NCBI GenBank assembly: GCA_022646745.1
Contig: CP060262.1
Span: 1,200,001-1,232,000 of the forward strand
Length of the DNA: 32,000 bases
Source: Planctomycetales bacterium
GTDB lineage: Bacteria > 4484-113 > JAFGCY01
Direction: 5' to 3'
This document shows, one piece after another, positions 26,961-32,000 of this stretch. The translations under genes were made by a program, and so were the position numbers. How positions within the stretch are numbered: the first letter of the stretch is position 1; each line of letters starts with the position of its first letter. The notes under the pieces are model-generated. The model did not search any database. It was not told where the DNA came from and was given only the letters and a program-made list of their open reading frames with translations.

Positions 26961-29906
26961 TCACGGCAGGATCTTCATCAGGTGGTTGCCTTCCAAGGCA
27001 CAGATGACGCTGCCGTCACTGTGCAGCAGCGGGGCTCCCGAGTTGATGGTTTCACCGCTCAGGACTCCATATTTACCATAGAGCAAGTAGCTCCAAAGCA
27101 GGCTGCCGTCAGCCGGATCGTAGCAGTTCAGCTCGGCGGCCCGCTTGACGAACAGATTGCCATTGCCATCAAACACCGGGAATCCGTTTGCATCCACCAG
27201 CTCGATCACTTCATTCGGCTGTGACCAGAGTTCACTGCCGTCCGCCGGGTCCAGGCCTTTGGTGAAATCCGAGTCTGTCGCTCCAATATACGCACCGTCG
27301 CCGCTGACGGCGATCTCCCGCAGACCTGTGGCAAAAGTCTGGCTCCATGACTCGTTTCCTGATGGATCAAGTAGCAGCAGATCAGCGCTTGTGAATGAAT
27401 TCTGCAGGGCCAGCAGGCTGCCGTCTCCCAGAACGTGGACCGACTTTGCACCGCTGCTCCAGCCGCTGTCATGGCTGTACTGTTCGTTGCCGGATGCATC
27501 ATAGCAGAACAGGGAATTAGCGCTGTTGGAGCAGTAGACAAGGTCACCAGCCTCCTGCCGAAGCACAGCCAGGGCATAGTCAGCAATCGTCTTGCCATTG
27601 GCACCGCCCAGATCCACGGACCATTTCTCCATCCCGTCTGAAGCCCTGAGCGCCTTGAGCAGTGGTGCCGTACTGTTGACCCTGTCTGTCAGCAGTACAT
27701 AGACCGTGTCATCAGATCCGGTTCGGACCTGGCTCGGCCAGTAGTCGTTGAACTCGGCATGCCATTCCTCAGCACCGGCGGGTTTGACAACAAACACATG
27801 TGCAACCGGAGCCCCGGAGATGAAGTCAGAGTACGACTGGGCCATGCTGCCGTCGCTGAGAATCGCAGGACCACCGCGCGGGTTGATGAAATGGTTCTCC
27901 ACCGGGGCCAGCAGTTCCGTGTCCCATTTGAGCTGCAATCCGGCACTGTAGGCCTGCATACGTCCGGCCAGCGGCACATAAACCGTGCCGTCGGCAGCCT
28001 GGGCCATCGCACCGCTGGTTCCGCCAGCCGCAGGTTCGATCTGCCAGCGCAGCTGTCCTGATGGGTCCAGGCTTGTCACCAGGCCATTGACGATAACCTG
28101 GAAGTTGTCATCAGCATCAATGCTCGGCAGGCTCATTATCAGGTCTGGGTAGTACCACTCAGTGGCAGGGATGCCGGGAATGACCGATTTGATGCCGAAC
28201 TCCGGGTTGCCGGAACGGACCCAGACACGCCCTGAGTCGCTCACTGGACCGAGGTCAAACAGGCCCGTTGCAAAGTCGTGTGATTCCACCAGTGCTCCAC
28301 TGTTGTCATACACCTCCACTTCAGTGACAGTGTCACCGGCAGGAATGATGTACAGCTGCTGGCTGGGACCGAGCTGCCATTCATCTGCAGCGACTGACCA
28401 CTGCAGGTTGGCATCAAGGTCCAGCACCTGCAGGCCCTGGCCTCCGCCTGCGTCAAGGTATATCAGGTCCCAGTCAGAAACCACTATTGACCTTCCAGCT
28501 CCGGCTTCCACCTTGCCGGGTGCGTCCATTTCGCTGAAAGTGCCGCTGCCATCAAAGCCGTAGGTGGCAATCTTCCCCGTGGGCTCACCCTGCAGTGCAA
28601 CGAACAGCCTGCCGTCGGGGGCAATTGCCACTTCATTCTCGAAGTTGTTATCCGGAATCTGCTGCTGCTCCACGAAGCCACCGTCTGAATCCAGCATCAG
28701 CACCTGGGTGGTCCAGGGCAGCTTCTGCAGCGTGATTGCAGGCTCAGTGATCCAGAAGATCACGTTGCCACCTGGATGTACAGCGGCGAAGGAGGGGATC
28801 TCTCCCTCCACCAGGGTGTACTCCCAGAGCAGCTGGCCGGTACCGCTCAGGGCGAATACGGTGCAGTTTGTGGATGCAAGGTAGAGCACGCCGTCAGATC
28901 CGAGTCCGAAGCTGCGGATCCGGGACGGATGGGCGTATGTCCAGATGATGTTCCCATCCGTATCCCGCTTCTCCAGCTGGTCCGCGTTGTTGAGCGCATA
29001 GAGGAAGTTGTCACCGAGGACCATTGCCGTTGCCAGTGCAGGCAGCAGCACTTCGGTGATGGAATCGCCGGGCTTACTGGCCGGGCCGCTGACCGGGGTG
29101 TTGTTCAGGTTCTGCGGGCCGCCGCCGGGCTGGCTCCAGTCGCCGGGCGAGGGGTCTGACGCCACGAGTGCGGCAACATTGCTGGGCGGGCCGTCCAGTC
29201 CCTTGTCTACAGGCACCACGCGGTAGCTGCCTTCGGGCACGCCTGACTGGGAGTAGCTGAACTGCTTCACACCGCCGCCGCTGGGAATGCTGCCATCCGC
29301 CACGTTGACTACGGCCACTTCGTTCCAGCCACTGACGCCGTCAGCGGAATTCTCCAGCCGGTAGCCGGCAACACTGTTGGCAAAATTGAGGCCCAGCGGC
29401 GTGATGTCCGCCAGGTTGACTTCACCGTTGTTGTCGCCATCGGCAAGTCGTGCGGCATTCCAGTCCGGGCTGGCCGGTGTCTTGAAGAGGTGCACGGCAA
29501 TCGTGGTCAGGTCGGCGATGTTGACTTCGCCATTCTGGTCGTAGTCGGCTGCATTGCGGTAACTCCAGCTGAAGCTGGCCTGTGAGGCATCGCCTTCCGC
29601 TGTGAAATCACCTATGAGAGCCTTGTCGTTCGGGGGAATCGCTGAGCTCAAGCGCTCCAGGCCACGGCTGCTGAGCACGCGTACCAGTTCCTCAGTCAGC
29701 ATGCTCCAGTCATGCTCGCTGACAGTCTCAGGACGGACAGCGGTTTCGACTTCCGCAATCGCCGCTGAAAGCGCCAATGATCCGCTTTGTTGGCCTGCTG
29801 ACAGGTCCTCGACCGGCAGGTCCTTGCCGCCACCACATCCGGCAAGTGCCAGGCTGGCGAACAGTGCTAATGAAGTCACTATTACGACGGTATCGGTGTT
29901 GCGCAT
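26961..29906 (-). CDS. giant lipoprotein: N-terminal dockerin repeats, Ig-like region, PQQ/BamB-like beta-propellers (paralogous in its N-terminal ~180 aa to 9593..12976)
   Basis: 981 aa from ATG 29906 (MRNTDTVVIVTSLALFASLALAGC). The N-terminal region is colinear with 9593..12976 (EELVRVLS versus AELERVLS, followed by dockerin repeats). Propeller-type repeats: GNIIWTY, GQLLWEY, ANLQWSV, GQLRWQI, LQLKWDT, GMEKWSV, GSELWSQ, GSLLWSY. The track start at 30083 is an extension. Confidence 0.85.
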   Translation of the reverse strand: MRNTDTVVIVTSLALFASLALAGCGGGKDLPVEDLSAGQQSGSLALSAAIAEVETAVRPETVSEHDWSMLTEELVRVLSSRGLERLSSAIPPNDKALIGDFTAEGDASQASFSWSYRNAADYDQNGEVNIADLTTIAVHLFKTPASPDWNAARLADGDNNGEVNLADITPLGLNFANSVAGYRLENSADGVSGWNEVAVVNVADGSIPSGGGVKQFSYSQSGVPEGSYRVVPVDKGLDGPPSNVAALVASDPSPGDWSQPGGGPQNLNNTPVSGPASKPGDSITEVLLPALATAMVLGDNFLYALNNADQLEKRDTDGNIIWTYAHPSRIRSFGLGSDGVLYLASTNCTVFALSGTGQLLWEYTLVEGEIPSFAAVHPGGNVIFWITEPAITLQKLPWTTQVLMLDSDGGFVEQQQIPDNNFENEVAIAPDGRLFVALQGEPTGKIATYGFDGSGTFSEMDAPGKVEAGAGRSIVVSDWDLIYLDAGGGQGLQVLDLDANLQWSVAADEWQLGPSQQLYIIPAGDTVTEVEVYDNSGALVESHDFATGLFDLGPVSDSGRVWVRSGNPEFGIKSVIPGIPATEWYYPDLIMSLPSIDADDNFQVIVNGLVTSLDPSGQLRWQIEPAAGGTSGAMAQAADGTVYVPLAGRMQAYSAGLQLKWDTELLAPVENHFINPRGGPAILSDGSMAQSYSDFISGAPVAHVFVVKPAGAEEWHAEFNDYWPSQVRTGSDDTVYVLLTDRVNSTAPLLKALRASDGMEKWSVDLGGANGKTIADYALAVLRQEAGDLVYCSNSANSLFCYDASGNEQYSHDSGWSSGAKSVHVLGDGSLLALQNSFTSADLLLLDPSGNESWSQTFATGLREIAVSGDGAYIGATDSDFTKGLDPADGSELWSQPNEVIELVDANGFPVFDGNGNLFVKRAAELNCYDPADGSLLWSYLLYGKYGVLSGETINSGAPLLHSDGSVICALEGNHLMKILP
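29379..29546 (-). other. dockerin-type duplicated Ca-binding module within 26961..29906
   Basis: Residues ~121-176: DYDQNGEVNIADLTTIAVHLF and DGDNNGEVNLADITPLGLNFA. Confidence 0.6.
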
Positions 29907-30107
29907 TGGTTGCCTGCTCCTGATACCGCGGCAGATACCCGCGGAATTCTGTCTGGGAAGTATCCAGCATAAATGCTGACGGCTTGTTTCGGCGTTCCTG
30001 TAGCTGGGCGAAACTGCCGTGCAGTAGAAACTTAACGCCAAGTTAACCTGCAAGATCAGCAGTTTTCCACTGCCAAACAGCAATGAGACAGAACCCTTAG
30101 CCCTGGA

Positions 30108-31502
30108 TCAGACCTTCTCGCGCTTGCGGCTGGCGACGTACATCAGGGCGGCCTCGAGGTCGCGGATGATGTCATTCGTCTCCTCGAGTCCGCAGCTCAG
30201 GCGGATGCCTCCCGGCTCCACGCCGCCCTCGGCCTGCATCTCCGGGTCGAGCGCGCTGTGCGTCATGGAGCTGGGGTTCTCGATCAGGGTCTTGACCTGC
30301 CCGAGTGAGACAGCGAGCGTGATCACGTAGCTGTTGTCAGCCGTCCAGTTGATCATCGCCTCGGCGTTGTCATTGCTGCCTGGCTCCTCCTTCAGGGTGA
30401 AGTAGAGCAGGCTGCCGGGCATGAAGGCCCCGTCGAAGTTCGTCATCTGGCGGCGCGCCACGGCATGGTCCGGGTTGTCAGCGAGACCGGGGTAGCGCAC
30501 CTTGGCAACCAGCGGATGGTCGCTCAGGTACTCCGCCACCTTCTGCGCGTTGTACTGCATCTGGCGCATCCGCACCGGCAGGGTCGGCAGGCCGTAGACC
30601 AGCGGCGGCCAGGCGGCCTTCGGGCTGAGGCTGCCGCCGAAGTCCTTGCGGTACAGCTTGTACATCGGCTCCAGCTCCAGCGGGCAGAGCACAATGCCGC
30701 CCATGTCGGTGCCGAAGCCGCCGATGCCCTTCGTCAGCGAATGCACCACCACGTCGACGCCGTGCTCGCGCGGACGCTGGCACAGCGGGGTGGCGAAGGT
30801 GTTGTCACAGATCGAATAGATGCGCTCTTCCGGCGGGCGCTTCGCGTTCACCTCATCGAGCACGTCACTCATGCGGCGCAGGTCGATGATCTCCAGCGTC
30901 GGGTTGACCGGGGTCTCGAGGTAGACAACGCGGGTCTCGGGGCGAATGGCCGCGCGCAGTTCATCCGGGTTGTCAGTGTCGATGAAGCTGACATTGATGC
31001 CGATGCGCGGGTACCAGTTCTTCAGCAGCGAGGTCGTGCAGCCGTAGAGGCACTTGTGCGCGATCACATGCTGGCCGGTGGTGACGAGCGAGGTGATTGC
31101 GGCTGAGATCGCCGCCATGCCGGTGGCGAAGCTGATGCCGACGGCGGCACGCTCGGCCTCGGCCAGGCGGTCCTCCAGCATCGAGCTGGTCGGCTCCTGC
31201 AGGCGGTCGTAGATCAGGATCTCCTGCTCAACGGCCTCAGTGGTGCCGAACTGGCAGAAGCCCTGAGCGCCGCGCTGGCCGCTGTCGAGGCGGTAGGTGG
31301 CGGAGGCGCTCATCGGCGGCACCACATGGTGCGAGTAGTCCCAGTGCGGGCTGACCATTTCGCCGTGGATGAAGCGCGAGCGCTGGGCGTAGCCCTGCTC
31401 GTAGCCCATGTCGTGGCCCTTGTTTCCATTGCTGCCGGCGCTGCCGGCGGGAGGCATGTGGCTGTCGTCGGAACCGGACATGCCGGTGTCATCCTTGCTC
31501 AT
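30108..31502 (-). CDS. Cys/Met-metabolism PLP-dependent enzyme (trans-sulfuration family: CGS / MGL / O-acylhomoserine sulfhydrylase-like)
   Basis: 464 aa. VPPMSASATYRL, GMAAISAA, VVHSLTKGIGGFGTDMGG (PLP lysine), IRLSCGLE. The first ~30 aa are S/G/D-rich, and internal Met codons at residues 8, 16 and 32 make the start uncertain. Confidence 0.85.
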   Translation of the reverse strand: MSKDDTGMSGSDDSHMPPAGSAGSNGNKGHDMGYEQGYAQRSRFIHGEMVSPHWDYSHHVVPPMSASATYRLDSGQRGAQGFCQFGTTEAVEQEILIYDRLQEPTSSMLEDRLAEAERAAVGISFATGMAAISAAITSLVTTGQHVIAHKCLYGCTTSLLKNWYPRIGINVSFIDTDNPDELRAAIRPETRVVYLETPVNPTLEIIDLRRMSDVLDEVNAKRPPEERIYSICDNTFATPLCQRPREHGVDVVVHSLTKGIGGFGTDMGGIVLCPLELEPMYKLYRKDFGGSLSPKAAWPPLVYGLPTLPVRMRQMQYNAQKVAEYLSDHPLVAKVRYPGLADNPDHAVARRQMTNFDGAFMPGSLLYFTLKEEPGSNDNAEAMINWTADNSYVITLAVSLGQVKTLIENPSSMTHSALDPEMQAEGGVEPGGIRLSCGLEETNDIIRDLEAALMYVASRKREKV

Positions 31503-31553
31503 CGAAGACCCCAGATCAGGAGATTGCGCGTCACTAGCAGTGTAGCAGAATGA

Positions 31554-31585
31554 GGGAACAGGGGGCAGGGAACGGGGAAAGGGGG
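31554..31585 (+). other. G-quadruplex-type motif (five G3-5 tracts, loops of 2-4 nt)
   Basis: GGGaacaGGGGGcaGGGaacGGGGaaaGGGGG on the + strand, followed by the 10-bp palindrome ATTCTAGAAT (31587..31596). It sits exactly at the high-GC to low-GC transition. Confidence 0.5.
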
Positions 31586-31661
31586 AATTCTAGAATCTGA
31601 TGGCAGCAATTCCTAAAACCGTTAAACCTGAATGCAATTGACGTACAAATGTATAATTTCA

Positions 31662-32000
31662 ATGATGAGGAGACTGTGTTCATTTCTTTGTGTTGCATTT
31701 CTTGGTTTTGCTAGCATTTTCACGGGCTGCAAGGAGAATGATCAAGAACCACTGGACGTGATAGAAAGCTACAGCATTCCGAGGACCGATCTCTTATGGG
31801 GAGTTCTCAATAGCACGGACTATGTGCCATTCAAAGGTGAGTATCCTGAACATTGGCCAGCAGAAGTTACCATTCTAGATGATTCCATTGTCAATTTTGA
31901 TGGGCAAATTTCTGAAAAGAAACAGGATGATTCCCAATTCAACCTATATCTGATTGCAATGCTAACGCCCATGGATCGAAAGCATGTTGAAAAACACTAT
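31662..32000 (+). CDS. 3'-partial lipoprotein ORF in low-GC DNA (absent from the supplied ORF track because it runs off the window)
   Basis: My translation is MMRRLCSFLCVAFLGFASIFTGCKENDQEPLDVIESYSIPRTDLLWGVLNSTDYVPFKGEYPEHWPAEVTILDDSIVNFDGQISEKKQDDSQFNLYLIAMLTPMDRKHVEKHY. That is 113 codons with no stop. Lipobox IFTGC. TATAAT (31652..31657) lies 4 or 7 nt upstream of the two ATGs. Codon usage is AT-rich, unlike every other gene here. Confidence 0.55.
   Translation, partial: MMRRLCSFLCVAFLGFASIFTGCKENDQEPLDVIESYSIPRTDLLWGVLNSTDYVPFKGEYPEHWPAEVTILDDSIVNFDGQISEKKQDDSQFNLYLIAMLTPMDRKHVEKHY

Noticed and set aside
29907-30083. Upstream extension of ORF 26961..30083
   Set aside because: The signal peptide and lipobox start at Met 29906, and the extension has no SD and an implausible sequence.
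31638-31657. TTGACG paired with TATAAT as a promoter for the terminal ORF
   Set aside because: The spacer is only 8 nt, so the two hexamers cannot act as one sigma70 promoter. Only the TATAAT is retained as a -10 candidate.
31503-31660. SAM or other riboswitch upstream of the Cys/Met PLP enzyme
   Set aside because: The leader is a C/T-rich tract without the conserved helices or sequence blocks of SAM-I/II riboswitches that I can recall. An Rfam scan would settle it.

Overview
High-GC bacterial chromosomal segment. A typical coding line I counted is ~67% G+C. I saw no rRNA, tRNA, CRISPR array, transposase or integrase. Recognisable housekeeping genes are a rimK-like ATP-grasp ligase, tgt, groES-groEL (sigma70-type promoter plus a degenerate CIRCE operator), der/engA, a MIP-family channel, an ABM-ArsR-ArsC operon and a trans-sulfuration-family PLP enzyme. 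Between them lie at least 11 lipobox-bearing predicted lipoproteins arranged as paralogue sets. These are two ~195-aa Ig-like lipoproteins in tandem, two ~830-aa FN3/PKD/beta-propeller lipoproteins in tandem, two giant lipoproteins with membrane-proximal dockerin repeats and PQQ/BamB-like propellers, and an unrecognised ~170-200-aa lipoprotein module found next to both dockerin genes. The best candidate for an undescribed system is this repeated pairing of a dockerin-PQQ lipoprotein with the module family (9593..15303 and 24350..29906). I could not identify a cohesin. A second window-wide signal is a -10-like hexamer (TANNNT) exactly 6 nt upstream of several start codons that lack a Shine-Dalgarno sequence, which suggests frequent leaderless mRNAs. 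Two low-GC blocks stand out: 6241..6480 (~38%) and 31587..32000 (~41%). The second block carries a 3'-truncated lipoprotein ORF missing from the supplied track, and a G-quadruplex-type motif precedes it. All functional calls rest on motif recognition by eye, and no database search was run.
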